Below, piece by piece: positions 48,101 through 57,682 of a DNA stretch of 64,000 nucleotides. Numbering within the stretch: position 1 is the stretch's first letter; the number at the start of each line of letters is the position of its first letter. Origin of the DNA: Candidatus Daviesbacteria bacterium (GTDB lineage Bacteria > Patescibacteriota > Microgenomatia > Daviesbacterales > UBA10151); NCBI GenBank assembly GCA_016184225.1, contig JACPDA010000004.1:538763-602762 (forward strand). Reading direction: 5' to 3'. The notes beneath the pieces are model-generated. The model did not search any database. It saw only the letters and a list, made by a program, of their open reading frames with translations, and had not been told where the DNA came from. Made by a program: the position numbers and the translations under genes.

Positions 48101-50571
48101 CCGCTTTTGCCAGGATCAGGCTCAAGATTGATGTAGGTGAGCCTGGTACATACACAGTAACGTATCCTTATGGATCAAGAACATATACGGTGAGCACGGT
48201 GGATGATGGATTTGAAATTTTCGACACAAGCGACATCGGTTGCTTTGCCGCCATAGGGATTAACAGCTGTGAACAAGTAGCCGCTCCTAACTTCTCCAGC
48301 GTCCTAAGCGGCGAGATAGGTCCCTTCTTAACCTGGAATACCTTTAATGCTAATCCTTTACTTTCTGACCCCCTTCTGACAAATGCAGTTACCAATAGAA
48401 GATATGTTGGTTTGCCGGCAGTGGCTCATGCTGTTACAGGCAGCCCGACCGGCAATAACTTTTTTAGGATTGAAGGGCCGAATATCGGCGGTCCGGGGGT
48501 AAACAGCGTCCAGACTTCGCTCTTTGCCGTTAGCGGACGTGTAGTTGAACCGGTCGATGTAAGCGCCCCGGTAATTACCATACTTGGTGACAATCCGGCC
48601 TCGGTATTACGAAATGCCGCCTATACTGATTCAGGTGCTACAGCTACAGATGCTGAAGACGGGGACTTGACTCCTGATATTATTACTACCGGGTTGCCGG
48701 TTGATACCTCGGTCTTAGGTGCCCAGACCGTGACTTACAGTGTGACCGACGCTGACGATAATACTACGGAGGTGACCAGGACTGTTAATGTAACTGCGCC
48801 TGCAGCAGATACGACCGCCCCGGTGATAACCCGGTTGGGCACCAGCCCGGTGACGGTTACCGTCGGCAATGCCTATTCAGACGCTGGGGCAACCGCATTC
48901 GATAATATTGACGGGACTATTACAGCCAATATTGTAACTGTCAATCCGGTTAACACCTCAGTCGCCGGTACCTACACCGTTACTTATAATGTTTCCGATG
49001 CCGCCGGAAATGCTGCTGTGGAGGTAACCAGAACGGTTAATGTGGTGGCGACTGCCCCAACTACCGGTACTATTACAATAATTAAAGATGCCGTCTTAAA
49101 CATCGCCCAGGATTTTGAATACAGGCTGCGCAGCGGGGCTTTTGACCAGAGCTTTTTCCTGGATGACGATGCTGACTCCACACTTTCCAACAACAGGGTA
49201 TTTACAGGTCTTACCCCCGGTTCATTTGACTTGCAGGAGAATGGGGTTGGAGGATGGAGTGTGCTTTCCATCAGCTGCCAGGATGCTGATAATGGGACAA
49301 CTACAGACTTAAACTCAAGGACCGCCACAGTTGACCTGGATGCCGGGGAAAATGTTACTTGTACCTTTACCAACGCCCCAAGCAGGGCTATCTCCGGTAT
49401 GAAATTCAGTGATTTAGATAATGACGGCGTCAAGGATGCGGGCGAGCCGGGGTTATCCGGATGGACAATATTTATAGACACGGATGATGACGGAGTGCTG
49501 GACGCAGGTGAAACATCTGTAACCACAGGGGCTGATGGTACATATCAATTCACTGATGTCTCAAACGGCACGGTTAATGTCAGGGAAGTTGCCCGGGATA
49601 ACTGGGAACAAACTGCTCCTGTAGGCGGCAAATACACTTTAACTATGACCTCAAGTTCCAGCTTTATAAATAAAGATTTTGGTAATTCGCAAGTCTTCTC
49701 GGTGGGTGGTCAGGGAAGCTTTGTATCCACAGGAGGTACTTACGGTTCCACTACTTCAGTAATTTCCCAAGGGGTATCTACAATTACAGTCACGGCAGGA
49801 GGCGGTACCAGCACAATTACTATTCCTGATGGTACGGTTATAACCAGGACTGACGGTTCACCGATGGATATGTCGCTTTTGACATCGTCTATGCCTTCCG
49901 TATCCTCTATTTCCGGGTTAGGCAGTGGGGTAGCGGCTGACGGGGTATTGCAGTGGGGTATTCCGAATATAGGCCTCTCGTTTAATCCGGCCATCACTTT
50001 AAGTATCTTTTTAGGCACCTCATTTAACGGTCAGACTTTAAATATTCAAAGATCAGTAACCGGAACTTCCGGATGGACTTCTGACGGAATTGTCGCTCCG
50101 GCTACCTGCACAGTTTCAGCCGGTCTGTGTTCATTCCAGGCAACTAAGGCATCGTTTTATGCGCCTACTCATACAACTTCATCCTCAAGTTCTTCCAGTA
50201 GTTCGAGTTCTTCCAGCAGCTCCTCTTCCGGCTCCGGCGATGGGCTGTCAGATGGATTAGGGTGTGCAACTCATGATTGCAGCGGCAACGTTGTAGCGCC
50301 AGCAAGCGCCACTCCTTCATTTGAAGAAGAAGTGCTGGGTGAATCCAGTGCGGCTGGTGAAGGTGAAGATTTACCTGAAGTTTTGGGAGCTGAAGATGTG
50401 GGAGCGGATGGGAATGTAGGAATTGGGGGAGGGAATTTACTAGAGCAGCAAGTCATAGGGGGGCAATCTATTTTCGGATACTTGTTAAGCCAGAGGGTAT
50501 TACTTGGAATATTAGCCGGCCTGATTGTAATGTTTGTAGCGAATAAACTCTATATTGCCAAACCCTCATAG
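45148..50571 (+). CDS. Large multidomain surface protein
   Basis: Signal peptide, Pro/Thr linker, lamin-tail-like INEI.PNP..EWIEL, a duplicated ~235-aa domain, five DUF5011-like Ig repeats, SdrD-B-like domain, Ser tract, C-terminal TM helix. Confidence 0.85.
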   Translation: MKNIFKKLLTFVTFASLLFNLTLPYLATSVALAQEVTIEPAQIQETTPSPAPSAAAEPSVTPLPSVSPEPESTPEPTPDPTPAASAEPTPAPSATPAPQIDPQVVEVTPSATVAPSIWNSVDGGFETNNNVVVGEEYSFPQNDKVKVKFTAISQSSGKLLIKEVKLTTEQIEQTGSLTDTAYEITSTMTDGTFFYDLTLPIPPEAQNKEVDVKSSETVEEAGNAQKMTEPEEKTADTITIHGLNHFTVFVITTPSPDTAQRVLINEILPNPSSGPEWIELYNNGTTEMNFDAGSGWTIRNSAGNSQSLSSLGTIAVGGRKVFEAPAGWLSNAAPETVTISNENGTTIDTVTVALSSPGVAIDHYPLAGESVGRRSDGVADWVLFTTPSKGTANVVAVSSGNLAQTGPVSGTSGFPTWYKDGNGIALDLMEAADPNGISEGVEAGNAFSELIGFGAEAFWWSAEADIETSAGGALLVQAIEAAFAGESAVDGEQSSFARVRIRIDVAEPGTYTVTYPYGQKVYVVTEPGTRAINDTVDIGCFAAIGVNSCTQDAAPNFSSLLNGGIGPFLTWNTFNANPALSDPLLSVGGRRYIGLGTAAHAVTGSPTGNNFFRVQGPNIGGPGVNVIQTNLFTVSGRLSDTSAPTITLFGSNPVSILQNADYTDAGATAIDTFGGNLTSSIVVSGLPVNTSTLGAKIVTYTVTDNLGNSASTTRTVNVVEAPTTDTTDPVVTVTGSNPASVVQGTTYIDAGATCLDNVDGDCTASIGTTGLPINTATLGANTVTYTGTDAAGNEGTATRTVNVIADAVDPVITVLGSDPANVFINADYTDAGATCLDNVAGNCTAGIVTTGLPIDTSSGGDHTVTYTFTDSAGNVGSDTRTVHVAATLPDGLVETGPVGATTGFPAWYRDSNNLALDLMEAADPNGISEGVEAGNAFSELIGFGAEAFWWSAEADMETSGDNGAILVQAIEAAFAGESAVNGEQSAFARIRLKIDVGEPGTYTVTYPYGSRTYTVSTVDDGFEIFDTSDIGCFAAIGINSCEQVAAPNFSSVLSGEIGPFLTWNTFNANPLLSDPLLTNAVTNRRYVGLPAVAHAVTGSPTGNNFFRIEGPNIGGPGVNSVQTSLFAVSGRVVEPVDVSAPVITILGDNPASVLRNAAYTDSGATATDAEDGDLTPDIITTGLPVDTSVLGAQTVTYSVTDADDNTTEVTRTVNVTAPAADTTAPVITRLGTSPVTVTVGNAYSDAGATAFDNIDGTITANIVTVNPVNTSVAGTYTVTYNVSDAAGNAAVEVTRTVNVVATAPTTGTITIIKDAVLNIAQDFEYRLRSGAFDQSFFLDDDADSTLSNNRVFTGLTPGSFDLQENGVGGWSVLSISCQDADNGTTTDLNSRTATVDLDAGENVTCTFTNAPSRAISGMKFSDLDNDGVKDAGEPGLSGWTIFIDTDDDGVLDAGETSVTTGADGTYQFTDVSNGTVNVREVARDNWEQTAPVGGKYTLTMTSSSSFINKDFGNSQVFSVGGQGSFVSTGGTYGSTTSVISQGVSTITVTAGGGTSTITIPDGTVITRTDGSPMDMSLLTSSMPSVSSISGLGSGVAADGVLQWGIPNIGLSFNPAITLSIFLGTSFNGQTLNIQRSVTGTSGWTSDGIVAPATCTVSAGLCSFQATKASFYAPTHTTSSSSSSSSSSSSSSSSSGSGDGLSDGLGCATHDCSGNVVAPASATPSFEEEVLGESSAAGEGEDLPEVLGAEDVGADGNVGIGGGNLLEQQVIGGQSIFGYLLSQRVLLGILAGLIVMFVANKLYIAKPS

Positions 50572-50972
50572 GCGTAGTAGTCGCCGTAACTTTCTACACA
50601 AACAACTGGTGTATTTTTGAGCATATTGGCTGCATGCTTTGGTGATTTAATCCACATTTCAACTGCGTTATGCTTTGATGTCCGGGCCAAATTCTCAGTA
50701 GCCAGCTTGTAGCGGGGATAAGGCATGGATTTGCTTTTTGCCCTGTCATAGAAGCCGTTATGGGTAAAATCGGTTGAGATCTCTTTAACACGAAGAGCAG
50801 CAAAACTGCAGGTTAAGGGATCGGCTTGGACTGCCGGGATGTTTTTTGAGGCGCGGAATTGGTTGATCTGTGTAATTATTTCCTGGTTATCGGCGAAAGC
50901 AGGTTTGGTAAATATCACAGCACTCAAAAGGTAAAAAATAACTCCAGTTATTAGTAGGAGCGCATGGATCAT
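50550..50972 (-). CDS. Secreted CAP-domain protein
   Basis: INQFR, F.H, ENLA, W..SP.H..NM. Confidence 0.8.
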   Translation of the reverse strand: MIHALLLITGVIFYLLSAVIFTKPAFADNQEIITQINQFRASKNIPAVQADPLTCSFAALRVKEISTDFTHNGFYDRAKSKSMPYPRYKLATENLARTSKHNAVEMWIKSPKHAANMLKNTPVVCVESYGDYYAYEGLAI

Positions 50973-51059
50973 GTAAGAGGATCATAAGAACTTTGTAAGA
51001 GATTGTCAAGAAAAGTCTTTTCTTCGGATTTTGTTTGGCCTGTGATAAAATAGACTGTC

Positions 51060-53081
51060 ATGCCGAAGTTTCAGATTGTTTCCGATTTTAAGCCCACCGG
51101 GGATCAGCCGCAAGCTGTTAACAAGCTGGTGGTAGGCCTCAAGCAGGGTAGACAACATCAGGTCCTTCTTGGGGTAACAGGCTCTGGCAAGACTTTTACC
51201 ATGGCCAATGTGATTGAAAAAGTGCAGAAACCGACCCTGATTATTTCCCACAATAAAACTCTGGCAGGGCAGCTGGCCCAGGAATTCCGCTCGCTTTTTC
51301 CCGAAAATGCCGTGGAGTACTTTGTTTCCTACTATGATTATTACCAACCGGAAGCTTATATTCCCCAATCTGATACTTATATTGAAAAAGATGCTTCCAT
51401 CAATGAAGAGATTGAAAAACTGCGGCTGGCTACTACTGCCTCTTTGCTCACCCGCCGGGATGTAGTAGTGGTGGCTTCTGTTTCCTGTATCTACAACTTG
51501 GGTTCACCAATTGAATACGGCCAGGCCATTTTGGAAATCGGCCAAGGCATGAAAGCTGGGATGGCTCAGGTGATGAAAATTCTGCAGAAGATGTATTACG
51601 AGAGAAATGACATAGATTTCAAGAGAGGTTCATACCGGGTGCGGGGGGATACGATCGATATTTTCCCATCCTACATGGATCAAGGTTACAGGTTACAGTT
51701 TTTAGGCGACAGGTTGGAAAAACTAGGTAAGCTGGAGGTGGTAACAGGAAATACCGAGGAAGTGTTCGGGACCCAGGTAGTTTATCCGGCCAAGCACTAT
51801 ATTACTCCGGAACAGCGGGTGGTCCCGGGAGTTAAACAAATAGAAGCTGATCTAGAGTCTAGAGTCAAGAGTCTAGAGTCTAGTGGGAAGCTGGTGGAGG
51901 CGCAAAGGCTGGAACAGCGGACTAATTATGATTTGGAGATGATCAGACAGTTTGGCTATTGTAACGGCATTGAGAATTACTCCCGTTATTTTGATGGTAG
52001 GGAGCCCGGAGAGCCGCCTTATACTTTGCTTAACTATTTCCCCAAGGATTTCCTGGTTATTATTGATGAGTCGCATATTACCATCCCGCAGATTAGGGGA
52101 ATGTACAACGGAGACAGGTCCAGGAAAGAAACATTAATTGACTTTGGTTTCAGGCTGCCTTCAGCTTTGGATAATAGGCCTCTCCGGTTTGATGAATTTA
52201 TGAGGAATGTAAACCAGGCCATTTACACTTCAGCTACCCCGGATGAGTATGAATTATCACTGGCTCGAAGCTCCACTCCCGGTGTGTCAAGTCAATTCCA
52301 CACCGGGAGTGTAAGTTCAGATGGTGTAGCCGAACAGTTGGTCAGGCCAACCGGAATTTTGGATCCGCAAATTTCCGTTCGGCCGATTAAGGGCCAAATT
52401 GAGAACTTGATGAAGGAAATTAAGAAGCGGGTAGCAAAGCACGAGCGGGTTCTGGTAACAACTTTGACTAAAAGGATGGCAGAAGACCTGGCGGAGTATT
52501 TGCATGATAAAGGGATTAAAGTGCATTACCTGCACTCGGATGTTAAAACCCTGGAAAGAAGCGACATCCTAGCTTCCCTCAGGATGGGAGAATATGATGT
52601 GATTGTGGGGATCAACCTTCTTCGGGAGGGCTTGGACTTGCCGGAAGTGTCATTAGTAGCAATTTTGGATGCTGATAAGGAGGGGTTTTTGCGTTCCCGA
52701 ACCTCTTTGATCCAAACCATGGGACGGGCTGCCAGGCATATTAAGGGTCAGGTAATTATGTATGCCGATGTTGTCACTGGCTCCATGAAAGCAGCTATTG
52801 ATGAGGTGGCAAGAAGAAGACAGTACCAGCATGGTTACAATAAAAAGCACAAGATTATCCCCAGAAATATTGAAAAGGCCCTCCGGGAGAGGCTGATTGA
52901 GAAAGTAGAAGAGTTGGAGGTGAGTTTAGGTAAAAAAGAACTGACTGTGGAGGATATTCCGGAAAAAGAGCGGGGAAAAATGATCAAGAACCTGGAAGCC
53001 CAAATGAAACAAGCTGCAGAACTTCTAGATTTTGAAGAAGCAGCCAAACTCCGCGATCAGATCAAAGAGCTCCAAGTCTAA
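51060..53081 (+). CDS. uvrB: Excinuclease ABC subunit B
   Basis: [38 protein letters not shown]. Confidence 0.97.
   Translation: MPKFQIVSDFKPTGDQPQAVNKLVVGLKQGRQHQVLLGVTGSGKTFTMANVIEKVQKPTLIISHNKTLAGQLAQEFRSLFPENAVEYFVSYYDYYQPEAYIPQSDTYIEKDASINEEIEKLRLATTASLLTRRDVVVVASVSCIYNLGSPIEYGQAILEIGQGMKAGMAQVMKILQKMYYERNDIDFKRGSYRVRGDTIDIFPSYMDQGYRLQFLGDRLEKLGKLEVVTGNTEEVFGTQVVYPAKHYITPEQRVVPGVKQIEADLESRVKSLESSGKLVEAQRLEQRTNYDLEMIRQFGYCNGIENYSRYFDGREPGEPPYTLLNYFPKDFLVIIDESHITIPQIRGMYNGDRSRKETLIDFGFRLPSALDNRPLRFDEFMRNVNQAIYTSATPDEYELSLARSSTPGVSSQFHTGSVSSDGVAEQLVRPTGILDPQISVRPIKGQIENLMKEIKKRVAKHERVLVTTLTKRMAEDLAEYLHDKGIKVHYLHSDVKTLERSDILASLRMGEYDVIVGINLLREGLDLPEVSLVAILDADKEGFLRSRTSLIQTMGRAARHIKGQVIMYADVVTGSMKAAIDEVARRRQYQHGYNKKHKIIPRNIEKALRERLIEKVEELEVSLGKKELTVEDIPEKERGKMIKNLEAQMKQAAELLDFEEAAKLRDQIKELQV
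52274..52311. repeat. Inverted REP doublet in frame in uvrB
   Basis: cactcccggtgtg-N12-cacaccgggagtg, identical to 60898-60935. Confidence 0.92.
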
Positions 53082-53169
53082 CCCCTATTCAAATCTTGCA
53101 AAATAAGTTAAAATAGATGCTTAATTTCGGGAAAAATTCGTCCTTCGACGTTGCTCAGGATTATAACCT

Positions 53170-56097
53170 ATGGCTATAGACAAAATTATCATCAAAGGTG
53201 CTAGAGAGCATAATCTCAAAAATATTGACCTGGAAATTCCCAAGAACAAATTGGTGGTTTTGACTGGTATTTCCGGTTCAGGCAAGTCTTCTTTGGCTTT
53301 TGATACCCTTTATGCGGAAGGGCAGCGCAGATATGTGGAATCCCTTTCTTCCTATGCCAGGCAGTTTTTAGGGGTGATGGATAAGCCTGATGTGGATTTG
53401 ATTGAAGGGCTTTCTCCGGCCATCTCCATTGACCAAAAAGGTGTTTCTCACAATCCCAGATCTACAGTCGGTACCACCACAGAAATATATGACTATTTAA
53501 GGTTATTGTTTGCCCGGGTTGGCCATCCCCATTGTCCCATTTGCGGCCGGGAGATTTCCAAGATGTCAGTGGAACAGATTGTGGAAAGAGTGACTAGTGG
53601 CAAGAGTCTAGAGTCTAGTAAAAAAGGTATGAGAATAATGATTTTGGCCCCTGTAGTGAAGGACAGAAAAGGGGAATATACACAATTATTTGAAGATTTC
53701 CGGAAGAAAGGTTTTTCTAAGGCTAGGATTGACGGGCAAGTTAGGAACCTCTCCGATGATTTAGTCTTAATTAAAACCAACAAACACACGATTGATTTAG
53801 TGATAGATCGTCTAGTAATAGAGTCAAGAGTCAAGAGTCAAGAGTCAAGTGAATCGCAGTCTAGACTCTCGATTCTAGCGACTAGACTCTTGCAATCTGT
53901 TGAAACAGCACTCAAATTAGGAGAAGGGTCTGTAATTGTGTCCGAAGTTCTAGACGTTGCTTTGGAATTTCCTCAGAACCCCAAGAAAATGAGCGATCAT
54001 CTTTACTCTGAACGATTCGCTTGCCCAGTAGATAATATTTCCCTTCCCGAGATCGAACCAAGGCTGTTATCTTTTAATTCTCCTCATGGGGCTTGTTCCG
54101 GCTGCGCCGGATTGGGAACACTGCTCGAGATAGATGAAAAGGCTATTTTAAACCCCATTCTTTCAATCGCGGAAGGTGGGATACTCCCCTGGTCAAAATT
54201 GGCCAGCAATGACACTTGGTTTACCAGACTAATCCAGGCTGTTGGAAAGGAATACGGATTTGATTTAAATACCAGGCTGGGGAATTTAACAGCTGAAGCT
54301 CGGAAAATCCTACTTTTTGGGGCAAAAGATGAGCAGTTTAAAGTAGAAGGCAGGAACAGACAGGGCAGATGGACCCATTTTTATTCTGAATTTGTCGGAC
54401 TGGTAGCATACCTTAAGCAAAGATACCAGGAAACTGAGTCAGACTTTGTCAAAGCTGAAATAGAGAAGTACATGTTTAAGGAGACCTGTCCAAAGTGTAA
54501 GGGTGCCAGGTTAAAGGATGAGGCTTTGTCAATCACCATAGAGGGATCAAATATTGCTGAGGTAACTAGCCAATCAATAGTTCAGAGCTTAGAGTGGATA
54601 AAAAATATTAGGCTCTCTGATCGGGAAAACCAAATTGCCACTCCGGTATTGAAAGAAATTAAATCCCGGCTGCAGTTTTTAATTGATGTTGGTTTGGATT
54701 ATTTAACTTTGGATCGGGCTTCCATGAGCTTAGCCGGCGGAGAATCACAGCGGATCAGGTTGGCTTCCCAAATCGGCTCCGGGTTATCCGGAGTTTTGTA
54801 TGTCTTGGATGAACCGTCCATTGGCCTGCACCAACGGGATAATTCCAGGCTGATTGAAACCTTGAAGAGATTAAAAAACCTGGGCAATACAGTTATTGTT
54901 AATGAGCATGACACGGAAACCATGGAGGCGGCGGATTTATTAATAGAAATCGGGCCGGGAGCAGGCGAGCATGGAGGGATGATTGTTTTTATCGGCACCC
55001 CCGCAGAGATTAAAAAAAGTGAAACATCTTTAACAGGCCAATATCTTTCAGGCAGGAAGCAGGTTAAAGTAGCAGATGAGTTAAAAAGGGAACCGGTAAA
55101 AATGGGTACTTTGAAGATTCTCGGAGCCAGCCAGCATAACTTAAAAAACATTAATGTCTCTTTTCCTTTGGGAAGATTCATAGCCGTAACCGGTGTTTCA
55201 GGTTCAGGCAAGTCAACTTTGATTCACGATATTCTATATAAAGCATTGGCACAAAAAGTTTACCGCTCCCGAGAGAAAGCCGGATCCCACAAAGGCATGG
55301 AAGGGGTAGAAAACTTGGATAAGGTAGTATTGGTGGATCAATCGCCTATTGGTAGGACTCCCCGCTCAAATCCGGCAACTTATACCGGAGCTTTTACTTT
55401 CATCAGAGAACTATTTTCTGAGAGCCCGGAAGCTAAAATCAGGGGTTATGGGCCTGGCAGGTTTTCTTTTAATGTTAAAGGCGGCAGGTGTGAGGTTTGC
55501 GAAGGTGAAGGGACTTTAAAAATTGAAATGCAGTTTTTACCGGATGTTTATGTCACGTGTGAAGCCTGCAACGGAGCCAGGTATAACCGGGAGGCTTTGG
55601 AGATTCATTTTAAGGATAAAAACATTGCCGAAGTGCTGGATATGACAGTTGAGGAAGCCTTAAAGTTTTTTGAAAACATCCCGCAGATAAAAAACAAGCT
55701 GCAGGTTTTGTTTGATGTTGGTTTGGGTTATATCAGGTTAGGCCAACCTGCGCCTACTCTTTCAGGAGGCGAGGCCCAACGGATTAAGCTTTCTGCGGAG
55801 TTATCTAAGCGTTCAACCGGGCAGACCATGTATATCCTGGATGAACCAACTACTGGCCTTCATATGGCAGATATTGAAAGGTTATTAACTATCCTGCGAA
55901 AGCTGGTTAATTTTGGCAATACAGTAGTGATTATTGAACATAATTTGGATGTAATTAAAAATACCGATTGGGTAATTGATTTGGGGCCGGAAGGCGGGGA
56001 TAAAGGTGGTAAAGTAGTAGCAGAGGGAACTCCTGCAGAATTAGCCAAAGCTAAAGATTCCTACACCGGCCAATATCTGGCAAAAATTTTGCACTAA
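53170..56097 (+). CDS. uvrA: Excinuclease ABC subunit A
   Basis: GAREHNLKN, two GxSGSGKS motifs, zinc fingers, LSGGEAQR. Confidence 0.97.
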   Translation: MAIDKIIIKGAREHNLKNIDLEIPKNKLVVLTGISGSGKSSLAFDTLYAEGQRRYVESLSSYARQFLGVMDKPDVDLIEGLSPAISIDQKGVSHNPRSTVGTTTEIYDYLRLLFARVGHPHCPICGREISKMSVEQIVERVTSGKSLESSKKGMRIMILAPVVKDRKGEYTQLFEDFRKKGFSKARIDGQVRNLSDDLVLIKTNKHTIDLVIDRLVIESRVKSQESSESQSRLSILATRLLQSVETALKLGEGSVIVSEVLDVALEFPQNPKKMSDHLYSERFACPVDNISLPEIEPRLLSFNSPHGACSGCAGLGTLLEIDEKAILNPILSIAEGGILPWSKLASNDTWFTRLIQAVGKEYGFDLNTRLGNLTAEARKILLFGAKDEQFKVEGRNRQGRWTHFYSEFVGLVAYLKQRYQETESDFVKAEIEKYMFKETCPKCKGARLKDEALSITIEGSNIAEVTSQSIVQSLEWIKNIRLSDRENQIATPVLKEIKSRLQFLIDVGLDYLTLDRASMSLAGGESQRIRLASQIGSGLSGVLYVLDEPSIGLHQRDNSRLIETLKRLKNLGNTVIVNEHDTETMEAADLLIEIGPGAGEHGGMIVFIGTPAEIKKSETSLTGQYLSGRKQVKVADELKREPVKMGTLKILGASQHNLKNINVSFPLGRFIAVTGVSGSGKSTLIHDILYKALAQKVYRSREKAGSHKGMEGVENLDKVVLVDQSPIGRTPRSNPATYTGAFTFIRELFSESPEAKIRGYGPGRFSFNVKGGRCEVCEGEGTLKIEMQFLPDVYVTCEACNGARYNREALEIHFKDKNIAEVLDMTVEEALKFFENIPQIKNKLQVLFDVGLGYIRLGQPAPTLSGGEAQRIKLSAELSKRSTGQTMYILDEPTTGLHMADIERLLTILRKLVNFGNTVVIIEHNLDVIKNTDWVIDLGPEGGDKGGKVVAEGTPAELAKAKDSYTGQYLAKILH
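53819..53893. repeat. Inverted pair of heptamer arrays in frame in uvrA
   Basis: tagagtc (aagagtc)x3 ... tctagac tctcgat tctagcg actagac tcttg. Confidence 0.82.
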
Positions 56098-56116
56098 AAT
56101 TCTACTCCTAAGAGAG

Positions 56117-56548
56117 TTAATGAGGAATTCTTAGAAAACGCATTAGCCGTCTATCAGGCCTAGATCCTTTTGGGTCAAATTTGCTTATTCGGGCAACAAG
56201 ATCATTGGGTAATACTTTAGCAGAATTTAGTATTGTGGTAATCATATCAGCGGTATCATCTGGACCGTAATTACCTGTGAAAAAGTATGCATTCTTTTTT
56301 CCTAATACAACAGTTGTCGGAAATCTTTCAATGTTAATCCTCTTTGCCTGTCTCCAATGATACATTAGAGGATCATAGCCGACAGTAATCCTGCCAACCC
56401 TTATTCCTTCTAACTGTTCGGAGATAGTATCAAGTACACTCACATAAGCATCACAATTACAACAGCCCTGTAACATGAAAGCCAGGACAAAATTTTTGCC
56501 TTTAAGAAAGTTAGGTAAATTAGATTTGCTAAGAATTTCAACTGGCAT
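56117..56548 (-). CDS. Thioredoxin-fold protein
   Basis: CCNC (CxxC) and FPT cis-Pro-like motif. Confidence 0.6.
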   Translation of the reverse strand: MPVEILSKSNLPNFLKGKNFVLAFMLQGCCNCDAYVSVLDTISEQLEGIRVGRITVGYDPLMYHWRQAKRINIERFPTTVVLGKKNAYFFTGNYGPDDTADMITTILNSAKVLPNDLVARISKFDPKGSRPDRRLMRFLRIPH

Positions 56549-56603
56549 GATAGCCTATATTAGTATAGTGAGTCTACAGATTCAAGTATTAACTTTAACA
56601 AAT

Positions 56604-56628
56604 TTTTAGCTTGCAACCTTTCAGGTTG
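56604..56628. repeat. Variant REP, intergenic
   Basis: ttttagcttg-caacctttcaggttg; shares the tttagctt leader with the RAYT flanks. Confidence 0.55.
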
Positions 56629-56690
56629 AAGCGTAAATTTAGCGTAACACAGAGGTTGGGTTTTTGCTACAATTAGCACCAAATTATCCT

Positions 56691-57332
56691 ATGAGTAAGC
56701 GCAAATTTGATGCGGTTTTATTTGACATAGACGGCACAATTCTTAACACCGGTGAATATATCTTTCAAGCTTATCAATACACCATGGCTCTGCATTTGAA
56801 AAAGGAGGTAACCTGGGAAGACGTAGTGCCTGTTTTAGGCTTGCCTTTTAAAGAGTGTTATCGTATCCTGACTAACTTAGAAGAAGTAGATTATTTAATG
56901 GAAACTCATCACCAATATCAGGTCCAAAATTCACAATCAGTTAAAGCTTATGAAAATACTTTAAAGACCTTGAGAGAACTGAAAAAAGCCGGAGTAGCCA
57001 TAGCTGCTGTGACCAGTCATACTGGCGAACTCTTAATAAGAAACTTAAAAATTGGCGGGATGGATAAATTTTTTAAAGTAATTGTGACACCAATGGAAGT
57101 TAAAAATCCCAAGCCGGATCCTGAATCAATCTTTAAAGCGCTGGGAGAGTTGGGGATTAAACCAAACAAGGCGGTTTTTATAGGAGACAGCCCAGCTGAC
57201 ATAGCAGCCGGCAAAGCCGCGAGAGTTAAAACGGTAGCGGCTTTATATGGATTTCATGGGGAAGGACTACTTAAAACCAGGCCTGATTTTGTGGTGGATG
57301 ATATTGAAGAGATTATCCCGATTATTCTTTAG
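56691..57332 (+). CDS. HAD-IA hydrolase (PpaX/Gph-like)
   Basis: LFDIDGT, VTS, KPDPE, IGDS..D; start moved to ATG 56691. Confidence 0.9.
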   Translation: MSKRKFDAVLFDIDGTILNTGEYIFQAYQYTMALHLKKEVTWEDVVPVLGLPFKECYRILTNLEEVDYLMETHHQYQVQNSQSVKAYENTLKTLRELKKAGVAIAAVTSHTGELLIRNLKIGGMDKFFKVIVTPMEVKNPKPDPESIFKALGELGIKPNKAVFIGDSPADIAAGKAARVKTVAALYGFHGEGLLKTRPDFVVDDIEEIIPIIL

Positions 57333-57333
57333 T

Positions 57334-57642
57334 CTATCTTGTTGCCGTACTTAATTCTAAAACCTTATTTAAAAAAGGATAGGTTGGTCTACAGCATGGT
57401 TTACTCGTAATAGGACATTTTTTAGGAGCGATTTCAATTCCTACAAATACAGAACCTTGTGGTACATCTACCAAGTCTACACCATTAACAACGGATATAC
57501 TTCTTACTGGGATTTTAGAGTTGTTTCCGATTTCAATAGTTAAACCTAATTCAGCTGCTGCTTGTTTCAAAATAGAAGTATCGCTTACCCGAAATGCTCC
57601 AAGTGAATATGTTTTGGGTTCGCCTTCCGGTGGTTTATTCAT
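57334..57642 (-). CDS. Small hypothetical protein
   Basis: ORF with upstream TATAAT; no family recognised. Confidence 0.45.
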   Translation of the reverse strand: MNKPPEGEPKTYSLGAFRVSDTSILKQAAAELGLTIEIGNNSKIPVRSISVVNGVDLVDVPQGSVFVGIEIAPKKCPITSKPCCRPTYPFLNKVLELSTATR

Positions 57643-57682
57643 ATCTAGTTTGTCATTATAGCACATTCTGTAAAATCCATCA

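Noticed and set aside
50176-50230. Poly-Ser tract, and the Pro/Thr tract near 45285-45440
   Set aside because: Mixed codons; ordinary low-complexity linkers in a surface protein.
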